Positions 46,451-58,725 are shown, numbered from the whole stretch's first letter. The stretch is DNA of 62,321 nt, filler included, from Globobulimina sp. (GCA_003354225.1; 27 parts of 27 records of this genome joined end to end with filler, not necessarily neighbours in it); one strand, 5' to 3'. Translations and numbers: made by a program. Notes: generated by a model not told the origin, from the sequence alone.

Positions 46451-48463
46451 TTGAGATTGCGTGCAAAGTTAGCACCAAATCAAGATAATGACATAATGCG
46501 ACAGGAACTAATTGAGATTCCTACGATTGATGATGTATTGGATCCGGATAGACGCAAATTGTATGACCATAAACTGAATAAAACGCTTGAACTAAATAAC
46601 AAAATATTATCCTATAAACCATGTGATCCCATATATAACCTTGATGCCATTGATCCGATCCCATCCATAATATTAGATCGGTACTACCAAACCGATATAA
46701 CTCCGAAATTATTGCTCCAAAAACAGCTATCCGATCCATGGATATATGGCATAATCCAATATGTCCAGACCAATAACACGTACTTAATCCGTACGTTGCC
46801 ACGATACCTTTATAGATATGTACTAAACGGGAAATACCATTGCAATGATGATGGATTATTATATTATAAATACGGCGATGACCAATATGCGATTGTAATA
46901 CCAAATGTATTACGTAAGTCGATAATGCATAATGCGCACGATATTGTGCATAATGGCAGCGGCAAAATGTACGGATTGATCCGGAATAACTATTGGTGGC
47001 CTGGAATGAAAGCAGAAATAACCAAATACTGCAAGACCTGCGATTCGTGTCAAGCAGTCAAACATACACAAAAACAGAGGCGCGGGAAACTAAACTTATT
47101 CTCAGCAACGCGCCCATTCGAACAGATTAGCACCGACATCGTGGGACCATTACCAACCACCGACGACGGGTTTAAATACATGGTAACCATAATAGATAAG
47201 TTCAGCCGCATGTGTATGATACAAGCGGTGAAGGAAACGGATACAATGACTATTATACGAGCGTTGGAGCAGTGGTATTGTACGTATGGACCGCCTGACG
47301 CCATATTGTCCGACAACGGTCCACAATTTCTATCAAAAATATATCAACACTATCAAAAATCAAATAAAACACATACAAAATACATAACTGCGTATCACCC
47401 GGAGTGCAATGGACAGATTGAGAGATTGCATAGGTGGATAAAGGAGAGATTGGCGATGTTGGCGTATGACTTAGGATTGGAATTCGTTGTTGGCGCTGCG
47501 TACCAATGTGATAACTGGTCGCATTATCTACCAATAATCCAATATAAATATAATACGACAATGAATAGAATGACTGGCTATACGCCGTATAATGTAATAT
47601 TTGGCATAGATACGCATGACATGAAAAAGGTGAAATTTGATCCAAAATCACCGGAATCGTATAAAAAATACATGGCGGCTCGCGTCCATATGATACGCAA
47701 TAAAGCCAATGAGCAGCAAAAACAGTATGATAAAGTACGGAAACGTTATTACGATAAACGTTCCCATGGTATACAGATAAGAAAGAATGATTTGATACGT
47801 TATGATGCCTCGCAAAGCTGGAATAAAAGCGAGAAATCATTAATAGCAAACTACGTGGGCCCATATAAGGTATTAAATACATTGAATGATAATAAAACTT
47901 TACATATACAGGATATTGATGGCCTATATGACCCATTCTGGACTGATATAATGTATTGCAAACCGTATGTGACTGATGATAGTCCAACGGATGTGTTGTT
48001 GATGAGTTGTGTACAAAATATAAATGGTATTGATGATGAATTGATTGATGGCAGTTTGAATGATATTGAGTTGAATGAATTGAATAAATCATTGCGATAC
48101 AATCGATTATTTTATGCATATGCATACCACCCATTATTACAGATTAATGATAGACCAAATAGTCCGATGTTTGTAAATATGATTGAGATGAATGACTGAA
48201 TGAGTAGTGACTATTTCTAGATATACGAATTAATTGCCTTAAATAAAGGGGTGATGTGGATGCTACGCTTTGACCATGATGACTCGTCCCTTGTTTGTGA
48301 TTGTTTTGAGGTTTTTGACTAAGTTAGTGACTGAACTAGAATACTTAAATAAAGACAATTAATCCTTACGGATTACAAAGCAAAGTAGTCGACACCACCA
48401 GAGGAGTCTCCACATTTGGGGGGTCAAGTGTTTAACTTATTTACGACAGCGAGCGCGCGCTAC
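46451..48463 (+). mobile_element. Ty3/Gypsy LTR retrotransposon 3' part: integrase (46451-48199), PPT, 160-bp LTR, PBS-like sequence
   Basis: HHCC (AHD..HNG..YWWPGM..CKTCDSC), DDE (STDIVGPLP, LSDNGPQF, NGQIER), GPY module; PPT 48241-48254; LTR TGTGGA..TCCACA 48255-48414 containing AATAAA. Confidence 0.92.
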
Positions 48464-48563
48464 NNNNNNNNNNNNNNNNNNNNNNNNNNNNNNNNNNNNN
48501 NNNNNNNTTAATTAATTAANNNNNNNNNNNNNNNNNNNNNNNNNNNNNNNNNNNNNNNNNNNN

Positions 48564-49346
48564 TTCGCCGGTTAGAAATCCACATTCTCCCTCACACAAA
48601 AAATACACTAAATTTGCAACTTCCAATGGATTACCCACTCGTTTGCATGGATATTGTCTGGCAATCTCGCTCAATTTAACTCCAAACTCCTCACAGTTTT
48701 TCCTCACCAATGGCGTTAAAATGGTTCCAGGACTTACGGAGTTGACACGTATTAATGGCGCATATTCAATGGCCATGTTTTTGGTTAATGATAGTATTGC
48801 TCCCTTTGTTGCACAATATGCACTGACTCCTTTCTCGGATTGCAAGCCTTGAACTGATGCCATGTTAATTATACTATACCGTGTTTGGTGCATATTCCCT
48901 TTTGGCTGTTTCAATATTTGTCGAATTACATATTTACTGAATCTATAATACGAGGTCAAATTCACAGATAAGGTGCGCTCCCACATTGATTCATCAACTT
49001 CGTGCATTGCCAATCCATTTCCTAACTGAACCGCTGCGTTGTTTATCAATACATCAACTCCGCCAAAATAGTTTACCATATATTCGACACATTCAATTGG
49101 CGTTTCTGTGGATGTGATGTCTTTGCTGATACAAGCAATGTTTGGATATTGGGATTGCAATTCTTTGTTGGCCGTTTCATTTAAATCAACTGACAAAACG
49201 AGATCATTTTTTGATGCGAACTTTTCTGCAATAGACCTACCGATACCATTGGATCCGCCTGTTATTAATACTCGCAATGGATCAGCGGCGCTGCTGAATC
49301 GACAACATTTTAACAGCTTACTTGGACATTTTCCAACAAACTGCAT
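48564..49346 (-). CDS. Classical short-chain dehydrogenase/reductase; nearly complete, 3' partial
   Basis: VLITGGSNGIG, DVLINNAA, IINMAS, YCATK, IRVNSVSPG. Confidence 0.93.
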
Positions 49347-49380
49347 GATTTTTCATGCTGTGAAAACTTTATAGAATATC

Positions 49381-50643
49381 ATGGCTAGAATAGATGAGCA
49401 ACTGGCAACTCCCTCAAATACACCTTCATTAATCCTATGTGAGGGTGGAAAACCAACAAAAGTAAACCCATACGGTAGTCCACGGGCTAATTATACTGCA
49501 ACCAACAGGTGCGGATTATCACCGCGCATTGCGGGCAGATTACTTGCATTGTTTGGTGCCTTCTTAACCGGACTGAATCTGACTGCGGTTCAATACATGT
49601 TTAAAGACAAATTCCCAGCGCCCGAAGCGTTAATTACTCGCTACACTCCGTCATTAATATTTGTAATCCTAATTGGCTTAAATATAAAATGTTTATGCAC
49701 CCACATATACACTGAATGGTATTTTTTTGCTCGCGATCTATCTGCATTCAAGATGCTGTCACTGCGCGCTTTCATACATTGGTCCTCTAACATGTGCACC
49801 ATATATTCCTTATTATTCGTTCCTGTCATGATCACAATATCATTATTTTATGTGTGGGCCATCTTTGCCATCCTTTTGGCGCATTTCTTTTTGAATGAGA
49901 AGGCGGATATTGGTGATATTGTATTGAGTTTGATCGGCTTTGGCGGAGTGATAATGATCACTGATCCCACATTTCAGTCATTTTCTAGCTTAGGAAGCGC
50001 CCACATTGAGGGCATAATATTGGTCATTGTTTCTGCTTTGCTGTACTCGCTCAATATGGTGATTTTACGCAAAAAGAGGAAAAGTTATCATTGGACTCAA
50101 ACGGAATCAGTGGCTGGCTTACGGGCTACATTTGTGTTTACGCCCACATATGTTTTAATATGTTATTACATGTTTGATATTCCTATGAATGAGCTGATGA
50201 GTTTTGAGCTGACTCTTACTGAATGGATATTATTTGTTGCGATCTCAATATTTGCATTCCTCGCAATTGGTGGAATAACTCGTGCATTGCAGTTAGAAAC
50301 AGTGGTCATTGTCAGTATTGTGTTGTATTCAGAGGTTGCCTTTGGTACTCTCTTTCAATTTGTATTTTTAAACGATACTACAAACTTTGATACCTATGGT
50401 TTATGGATTGGGCTCTTATGTGTGTTGCTTTCAACTTTTTGTATAATGTATAGGAAAAATAAACAAATGGAAAGTGTCGAAGAGAAGGAATTAAATGATG
50501 TGCATGTCGATTCCATTGAAAATGTTAATGATAAAATGCATTTAAATGCAATGAATAGTATTAATCTCAAAAATGGAACGGAAAAATTACATCTTATAAC
50601 TCATGCTCAGATCAATAAACGCAAAGGTTATGGTGCTGTATAA
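49381..50643 (+). CDS. EamA/DMT-superfamily transporter (SLC35G-like)
   Basis: About ten TM segments; LLAHFFLNEK..IGFGGVIMI..P, RALQLE..Y.EVAF..FQ..F. Confidence 0.85.
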   Translation: MARIDEQLATPSNTPSLILCEGGKPTKVNPYGSPRANYTATNRCGLSPRIAGRLLALFGAFLTGLNLTAVQYMFKDKFPAPEALITRYTPSLIFVILIGLNIKCLCTHIYTEWYFFARDLSAFKMLSLRAFIHWSSNMCTIYSLLFVPVMITISLFYVWAIFAILLAHFFLNEKADIGDIVLSLIGFGGVIMITDPTFQSFSSLGSAHIEGIILVIVSALLYSLNMVILRKKRKSYHWTQTESVAGLRATFVFTPTYVLICYYMFDIPMNELMSFELTLTEWILFVAISIFAFLAIGGITRALQLETVVIVSIVLYSEVAFGTLFQFVFLNDTTNFDTYGLWIGLLCVLLSTFCIMYRKNKQMESVEEKELNDVHVDSIENVNDKMHLNAMNSINLKNGTEKLHLITHAQINKRKGYGAV

Positions 50644-50873
50644 TTAACACAATTGTTTTCGAAAACGTTCACTAGAAAGTCTAGATTTCATAATGTCAAA
50701 CTCTAACAAGTACAATAAAAATCGGTGTCAAACTCGAAACAATAGGAACAACAACAAATACAATAAAAAGTTTNNNNNNNNNNNNNNNNNNNNNNNNNNN
50801 NNNNNNNNNNNNNNNNNTTAATTAATTAANNNNNNNNNNNNNNNNNNNNNNNNNNNNNNNNNNNNNNNNNNNN

Positions 50874-53083
50874 AATTCCAACGCTTGATTTATTTGCAAA
50901 TAAAGCACCGTTTGCATCACATCCCTCACTTTGGTGAAGTACTGCGATGTTGCATGGCGGGTTGGCAATGTCATACGAGGCATAATTACTACAGTCAAAC
51001 GTGTACACTTCTGTCCCGTTATAAGCCATACCAACGGAAAAATCGCCACCAAACTCGGGCACAGCAACAATCTCCTCACTGGTAAACGTTTTGCCACTGC
51101 AATCCACAGGAACAATATCAGTCCAATTTTTGCGTCTGATTGCAGTTTCATTGATACATTCATAAAATTCTGCTACAAAAGTAATAACCTCTGCGTCGTA
51201 GTCGTAGATATCCGTCGAACAAAATTGCGTCGGTAGACCTGGTGCCTCGCTCGAAACCCATGGACAAAAAACAGGCGTGATTGGATATACCATCCCATCA
51301 CCACCGCCACCACCACACATGAGACAATCGCAACTGTCTGACAAATCGCGACAATTACATGAGGAACAACACCACTGCATATTAGGGTCACTCATGTTCC
51401 AATCGCCTCCATACGGACCGTAATGCCCCCAGCAAACCGTTACTTCGCCACCAGAAGAAGTTGGAGACATAGTTGTCGTTGTCGGCGATGTCGGCGAGGC
51501 ACCACATGCATTACAATCGTTGCAAGCATTGGCTAAATCCGTGCAGTCACATGAGGAACAACACCATTGCATGTCAGGATCACTTATGTTTAAATCGTCT
51601 CCACCGACACCATAATGCCCCCAGCAAGTCGTTACTTCGCCACCAGAAGAAGTTGGAGCCGGACTCGAGCCACCACATGCATTACAATCATTACATCCGT
51701 CTGACAAATCGCGACAATTACATGCGGAACAACACCATTGCAGGCTAGGATCACTTATGTTTAAATCGCCTCCGCCGACACCATAATGTCCCCAACAATA
51801 CGTTACCTCAGGAGACCAAGTGGTAGTTGTACCATATCCATTCAATAAATTGTATCCATATAAGTTTATATCATTAAAATAACATGAATGGCTACCAAAT
51901 AATGCAATTAGCATTATTTGTAAATCACCATAACTGGTATCATTAAAAAGGAAGGTGCCGCTACTGGCCATTGTACCATTAAGTTTGCGTACTGTATACC
52001 ACATAACTCCGCCATCATCACTATACTGTATAATGCAGCTACCGGTAGTGGCATTAAACGCAGCCATTGAATAATCCAATTCCATCCCAAAATAATTATT
52101 TACATCGATATTTACATCCATTGAGGCGGGTTGACAACTCCCACAATTCGCTGTTAATTTTGTACAATTCGCACGAAGCGGACAATTTATATCCGTCACC
52201 ACCATTGCGTTGAGAGTGGGATAGCTCCAATATGCGAAATATGCCAAGTCGTGAGTTAATGTATCAGAAAATATCGTATCACGATTAATGAGAGAACAGC
52301 TCGCATCAATTCGATAAAAACCTGTCTGGGAGACAACACCAATGGCTACATAATACGTACCTGGCCCAAGTTTCATGCTTATTATTTCCTTATTGTATGC
52401 TCCATTCGAGGGACATGGACTTGGACCACAATCATCACCACCACACACAGCGAGTGATATTTCCGCACCATTTGCATCAAAAATTCTCATGTCGGGATCA
52501 AACGCACTCACACAATTATCCACTGTTACTTCATAATAATCAGCCAATGAAAAAGTATAATAACGGTCAGGAGAGTCCGGAAGCAAAAAAGAACCATTTA
52601 CAGAACCGCCACACGATAATGTTCCTAGCGGAGAAGGAGGCCAAGCTATTGTTTTTTTGTCAAATGAAAACGCGTTTGTACCGCATTGAATGTGTAATGT
52701 CAGATATTGTATACTTTCCGTGCGGAATGGTATAAAGTTACTTAGAGACTCCGTATACACTCTGCATTTACATACAGGACACGGTGTACGCGTCTCTAGT
52801 GTCTAAATACTAAAATATCTGAACCAATCTACATGGAAAGTACATGGAATAAAACAGACAAATACCTATTGTCGGTGCCATTGTTGTAAACGAAAACGGG
52901 TTGGATGTCGGTGTGAGAGTTGGTGGGAAACTTACAATTGGCGCTGATAATGATAGATCGGCAAAAAAACAGTTAAAACTAGTAGGTGCGCCACCATCCC
53001 ACGCTGATAATGTGATGATAACATTGGGATTGTCCCAAATACCGCTGGCTGTTACTGCAACAGCTCCAATTCTGGTTTCTGAT
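50874..53083 (-). CDS. Large extracellular mosaic protein: PPC-like beta domain plus three Cys-rich repeats; spliced, partial at both ends
   Basis: YYTFSL..VDNCVSAFDPDMRIFD..GDDCG..LGPGTYYVAIG; three copies of EVTxCWGHYG..GD.N.SDP..QWCCS.C.C.DL; Pro/Thr linkers; upstream exon ending APTI|gtattt. Confidence 0.75.
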
Positions 53084-53183
53084 NNNNNNNNNNNNNNNNN
53101 NNNNNNNNNNNNNNNNNNNNNNNNNNNTTAATTAATTAANNNNNNNNNNNNNNNNNNNNNNNNNNNNNNNNNNNNNNNNNNNN

Positions 53184-54749
53184 TATTGTGAAATAATTTT
53201 GCTGACGAACAGAAATAATACGTTTAAATTTTGCATCTAATAAAAAGTCATCAACTGTAAAATACCATTTTGTTTTTTCTTTTGTTAAAATAATTTGTTT
53301 AAATATTTCTGATTTCTGACGGAAATATGAATGAATAAAATTCAATTGAAATATTAAAATTTCTCCATTTTCTACAACTTTATTTATTGTTTCTGAGGTA
53401 TTTATAAAATATTTAGTTTTTTTTTGGCTTTCTTTATAAATTCTGAGTTTTTTTGAAATATTATCATTTCGCATATTTTGTAAATGAACATATAAGCGAT
53501 AATACCATTTAGTCGATGCAGTTAGATCTGATTTATTGCTTTGATACAAATTATTAATAAATTCATATTGTAAATAATTAATCAAATCAATAATTTTTAC
53601 ATCAATGCCAATCATTAGAAAACAAACAAAATAAAGCTTCTCAGTTTCGATATCATAGTGTTTAATTAATATCAATTTCCTATTTTTATCTTTATTTTTC
53701 TCATGTTTTGTTTTATTTAATTCAAATATTTTTCTTTCATCAAAAATAATAAATTGTCGTTGAGTTGCGTTGTTTAACTGAATTTCATTTCTCATTTCAT
53801 CCAATTTAAACAAATAAAATGGATAATTAAAATGATAAATTATCTGATGTTTCATTTCTATATTATATTTATCACCAAATGCATCAAAAACATCTGAAAA
53901 TTTTGTATTTAATGGCATTCGCTCGTTTTGCATAAACGATGCATTTGAAATATCAAACACTTGTTGGCATTCTAACGATAGTGCTTTCCGTTTTGTTTTT
54001 GCTTTTTTTATCATGGATATTATTTTTAATTTTTCTTTTTTTATTTTCACTGTTTGCTTTAACCCATTTTCTGTCAATATATGACAATCTAAATCAATTA
54101 TTTGTGATTTTAATGATTTGATTTCTGACTCGATTTCCATTGATTTTTGTCGATTATTTGTATTAAGTTTAGTAAATTGTATCATTGAGGATTCTCTCAT
54201 TATTAATTTATTTGCATTAATTATACCAATTGATATTTTACTCATTTCTTTCAAACAAACCACACCAATCTGCCATGAGACCATTTTAAACAATGTTATA
54301 TCTCTACGCTCTAAATAACCACAAATATATGACAACAATTCTGATGGCAATTGGTTAAGTTGGAAATCATGCAATGATATGGATAATGATGCTACATTTT
54401 TAATTTTTACATCGATATCACAATAATCAGATACATTCGATGTGCTGTTTTGAGACATATATTCATTGTTGGTTTGCTTGAGAATATTAAATAATGTTTC
54501 GAGTTGTTTGTTATTTGAGCTTTGTGACACTAATTCTTTCAATAATAATTTAAATCCACCAAACAAATCAATAATTGACTTTAAACATAATGAGAGTACA
54601 TCATCATTTATGTCATCGATTAAATGTGAAACTTTAATCCAATTTCGAAGTAATTCATTTTTATTTTTATCAAAATAAGCAATATCATCTATTCCATTAA
54701 TTTCCTGCATCCACTCATCTAATTCTGACTCATCACTTGCTGCTGACAT
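53184..54749 (-). CDS. F-box-like protein with coiled coil and USP7-UBL-like C-terminal region; 3' partial
   Basis: LNQLPSELLSYICGYLERRDITLFKMVSWQI; LILIKHYDIETEKLYFV..LRIYKE..GEILIFQ. Confidence 0.65.
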
Positions 54750-55201
54750 GATTAAAATGACTTGGCAAATTTAAGATTTTCAACCAAAAAAAACATTTTA
54801 CATCTTTACCATTGCACGCCTTCGCCTTGCGCTTCCTTCAAAAGTCGGTCACGCACTAATTCGACAACCAGCAACCATACATAACAAGAGGTATATGACA
54901 AAATAAATGACTGAACAATATTTTTTCATTTTCATCAATAGTTATTGAGCAGAAAGCATTTTGTATTTCAATCTTTCACTCACAAAAAAATCAATCAGCT
55001 CTCATATTCTATCATCTCTCTCTCAGTCTCCATTCTGCGATCACTTCGCTTCTTATATTACAATGCCTACTCACATTCAATTTGTATATTCTGATCGCAA
55101 ACATTTTATAACCATTACACTTTGCACTTAATAACAATCACACCCAACACAATAATAATAATAAAACAAACCAATCTGACACCAAACCAGAATACAGAAT
55201 A

Positions 55202-55393
55202 ATGTCTGACAGATCCTGTTCAGTTGACAGAGCGGACAAAGACAAAGACAAAGAAAACGACAAAGAGCACGACAGAGATACTCCCAAAGAAGAACCGGAG
55301 AGCAACAGCAACAATTCATCAGCGTCATCATTATCCGATCAACCATCCAACACCAAAAAAAGCACTAAAATACAAATAAAAATCAACACCAAA
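55202..55393 (+). CDS. 5' fragment of hydrophilic hypothetical protein
   Basis: ATG-initiated open frame to the contig edge, rich in D/K/S. Confidence 0.4.
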
Positions 55394-55493
55394 NNNNNNN
55401 NNNNNNNNNNNNNNNNNNNNNNNNNNNNNNNNNNNNNTTAATTAATTAANNNNNNNNNNNNNNNNNNNNNNNNNNNNNNNNNNNNNNNNNNNN

Positions 55494-56813
55494 CAGCGAT
55501 TTGATTCCATAAACATGATCTACAGATGCATACCATACAGAATATAATAACTACAACCGCTTAACCCGTGAACAAGGTGTCATGATAAGCACCCAAAGAT
55601 GTTTTCTCACAGTAAGGTGGAAAAGCTTTTACCGCTGTACATGAGAGTCATGGCTGTGTTTAGAAGCATTTTATCAATTCTGAACAGAAAATGGAATTAA
55701 ATACAGTAATACAAAAACGAGTTGTGGATGCTATAAAAACGAGACGTGCATGTAATTTAGAACAAAAAAGAGTTGTGATTTAATTAATCTGCAACACATT
55801 GGTATCGCTTTAACTTTTTTGCATTGATCTCAATAATAATAAATTAACGAACAAGGAAACAATAATAAATATGATGTCAATATTTTTGACTCAATAAGGA
55901 TTAATATAATTGTAATTGTAATTGAAATAATCCTATTTAAATATATTTATTTGTTTTTTGTCTGTTTTGTTGTTGTTTTATGCTTTTCATTGCCAACAAA
56001 ATGTTTTATAATTGTTTTGGTACAAAATTAATCACAAATTACTGAATAAATAGACGATATAATAAAATTAATATGATTTTTTTATGGACAATCTCAATGA
56101 TTCAATGATAAAATACCATTTGTAATAAATTGACGAGTCTCTTTTCATAAAATATAAAAATTTATACAAAATATCAAATAATGCATACATTTTTGTCTAC
56201 AAATTATGCAAAATATCAAATTATTACAATTTCTTTAAATGACATTCAAATAAAATTAATGTCATATGTTTGTAATTAATATTGTTTGTGGCCCAATCCA
56301 TTAAACCATGAAAATTATAACCACTGAATTGACATATTAATAATTCAAATAAATCAAATTTTTATTGTTCCAGTCAATCATTTTTAATAATTCAATATTA
56401 AATTCATAAAATCCGTCAAATTAATTATTATTCCTTTTCTCAAAAATAACATTAAATGTATTATGTATGCCATATTTGCATGCTTTATTTTCGAGTTCGA
56501 CCAATGAATTTTGATAATATTTGCTCTGATGGTTGAATAAGTGACTGTTTCTGGCGATATTTTATGCAATTATTAAATTAAACCATTACACGTCTCATAG
56601 TATTATTTAATTCCCTTTTCTGTTCAGAATTGATAAAATGCTTCTAAACACAGCCATGACTCTCATGTACAGCGGTAAAAGCTTTTCCACCTTACTGTAA
56701 GAAAACATCTTTGGGTGCTTATCATGACACCTTGTTCACGGGTTAAGCGGTTGTAGTTATTATATTCTGTATGGTATGCATCTGTAGATCATGTTTATGG
56801 AATCAAATCGCTG
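55494..56813. mobile_element. Long inverted-repeat (foldback / long-TIR non-autonomous) element, left end cut by the contig edge
   Basis: Arms 55494-55703 and 56604-56813 are 210-bp reverse complements with 2 mismatches around a 900-bp AT-rich spacer. Confidence 0.7.
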
Positions 56814-56912
56814 CAGAAAAAAATCTCAAATTGAACAGGTTCTGTCGTATGATAATATTCACGAAAGATAATATGTGGCATAAGAAACATAATTATGCAA
56901 AAAAAATCTATT

Positions 56913-57482
56913 TCAAATATTTTTACAAACACCAGCATTCATTGGGATTTGCGGAGTCTGATAAGAATCTTTATATGTTTTCAATTCTCGTTGAAGGGAT
57001 CTAATTCTTTTTTGAAGTTTGTGTATTTCTTCTTCGTGTGGAAGATCCAATGCTTCCGTCGTAACATGTACCACTCGGATTATTCGCCATATTCTAACGA
57101 TAACTGCAAGACCAGCAATTGTCGCTACTTCTTGATGTAAAACAACATGAGCCACAATTTCTATTATTAATGTTATTAACACCACACTGAAATCAAACAC
57201 ATGAAAACATGATCGAAACCATTTTGCGGCACCAAACGCAAATACCTGAACCAATAATTCTATAAAGAAGATTGATAAAATGGAAATTGATAAATATGTC
57301 AAATACTCTTCTAAATCCTGTATGTACTCTGGAGCAGAATTCGAACCATGAAAAATTAATAACAATGCGATATCTGCTAAAACAACTGACAAATCGACGG
57401 CAATTAATGATCCCAGCACATAATGAAATACACCGCTATGGAAAAAATGACGCAGATTTTCGCGAATTTTATCGCATGCCAT
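56913..57482 (-). CDS. HVCN1: Voltage-gated proton channel Hv1
   Basis: Four TM helices and no pore domain; S1 Asp (LIAVDLSVVLAD), S2 FFIELL, S3 HVFDFSVV, S4 RIWRIIR signature; C-terminal coiled coil. Confidence 0.92.
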   Translation of the reverse strand: MACDKIRENLRHFFHSGVFHYVLGSLIAVDLSVVLADIALLLIFHGSNSAPEYIQDLEEYLTYLSISILSIFFIELLVQVFAFGAAKWFRSCFHVFDFSVVLITLIIEIVAHVVLHQEVATIAGLAVIVRIWRIIRVVHVTTEALDLPHEEEIHKLQKRIRSLQRELKTYKDSYQTPQIPMNAGVCKNI

Positions 57483-57910
57483 GCGTTCCTACGTAATCAA
57501 AACATACAATTAATAATTTGTAATGTATAATAATATTTGTTTATACTCATAATCTAAAAGATTCATAATCCACGTAACCCTGTTGTTTGTTCTGGATTCG
57601 CTCATCTTTTTTTTTGAAGTGAACAGTGCACTGAGCCTGGAATCGGATCTCCGACCCGGGCCGTTGCATTTTGCCCCACACGTTGGAATATGCGATAGCA
57701 AGANNNNNNNNNNNNNNNNNNNNNNNNNNNNNNNNNNNNNNNNNNNNTTAATTAATTAANNNNNNNNNNNNNNNNNNNNNNNNNNNNNNNNNNNNNNNNN
57801 NNNAATTGGGATCGTCTTTTCCTGACAGCATTGTTCATTTTCTGTCAACGTTTTCGGTTTGTTTTTTTACTGATAAACTTAGTTGAGAGTTGACACATTT
57901 TGAACGTAGA

Positions 57911-58648
57911 ATGTCAAACAAAAACAAAAATGTTTTGTTGGTTTCTGGATACATCAAAGCTATCTCATTGATTCCTGATGATTTAATACTTCTTATTGTT
58001 ACATTTTATTCCCATTTGATTAGTTTTGATGACAATAATTTTGAATTAACATTGGAAGAAAAACAGATGATCACGTCTTGGTTTATTAAAATATTCGATT
58101 TACAATACAAAAGTAACAGTTTTCAATTAAAATCCAGATTACTTTACGATTATTCTAAACATGGCAAAAAAGGCACAGATTTTTGCAATAAATGTCATGG
58201 AAATGCAAATACATTCAGTATAATCCAACCACAATGCAGTGATAACCATTTGTTTGGATGTTTTGTATCTCATATGTTAGGAACACAGAGTGGTTTGGTT
58301 AGTGACGGCAAAGCATTTTTATGTGTTATTCGATCATGCTTTGAAAATAAATCACCAAATTACTTTCAAATTAAAACACATTGTATTGATGATGCGTATT
58401 ATTATGACACATCAACATGCGGACCAACATTTGGAACTGGCAGCTGCTCACAATTTGATTTGTCGCTAATGGATGCGTTTCTGTCGTGGCGTAATTATGT
58501 CTGTCACACAGATACTATATTTGATGGAGGACTTTGTGGAAATGCGCTTTGTGGAGGAACTACATTTAAACCAAGCAATGAAAGATACTACTTCCAAATC
58601 AATAAAATGATGACGTTTTCCATTGATATTGAAATAGAACTTGAATAA
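57911..58648 (+). CDS. TLDc-domain protein
   Basis: LLYDYSKHG..DFCNKCHG..TFSIIQ..LFGCF..SDGKAFL..GPTFG..DL; ATG 57911. Confidence 0.85.
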   Translation: MSNKNKNVLLVSGYIKAISLIPDDLILLIVTFYSHLISFDDNNFELTLEEKQMITSWFIKIFDLQYKSNSFQLKSRLLYDYSKHGKKGTDFCNKCHGNANTFSIIQPQCSDNHLFGCFVSHMLGTQSGLVSDGKAFLCVIRSCFENKSPNYFQIKTHCIDDAYYYDTSTCGPTFGTGSCSQFDLSLMDAFLSWRNYVCHTDTIFDGGLCGNALCGGTTFKPSNERYYFQINKMMTFSIDIEIELE

Positions 58649-58725
58649 AAATAAATCTTTTAACGGAAAAATAGCAGAAAAATAGTCAGATAATATAAAA
58701 ACCTCAGTCAAAAACCTGACACCAA

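Noticed and set aside
47253..48134. 293-aa antisense ORF over the integrase
   Set aside because: No motifs and His/Tyr/Ser-biased; consistent with a shadow of the sense codon usage
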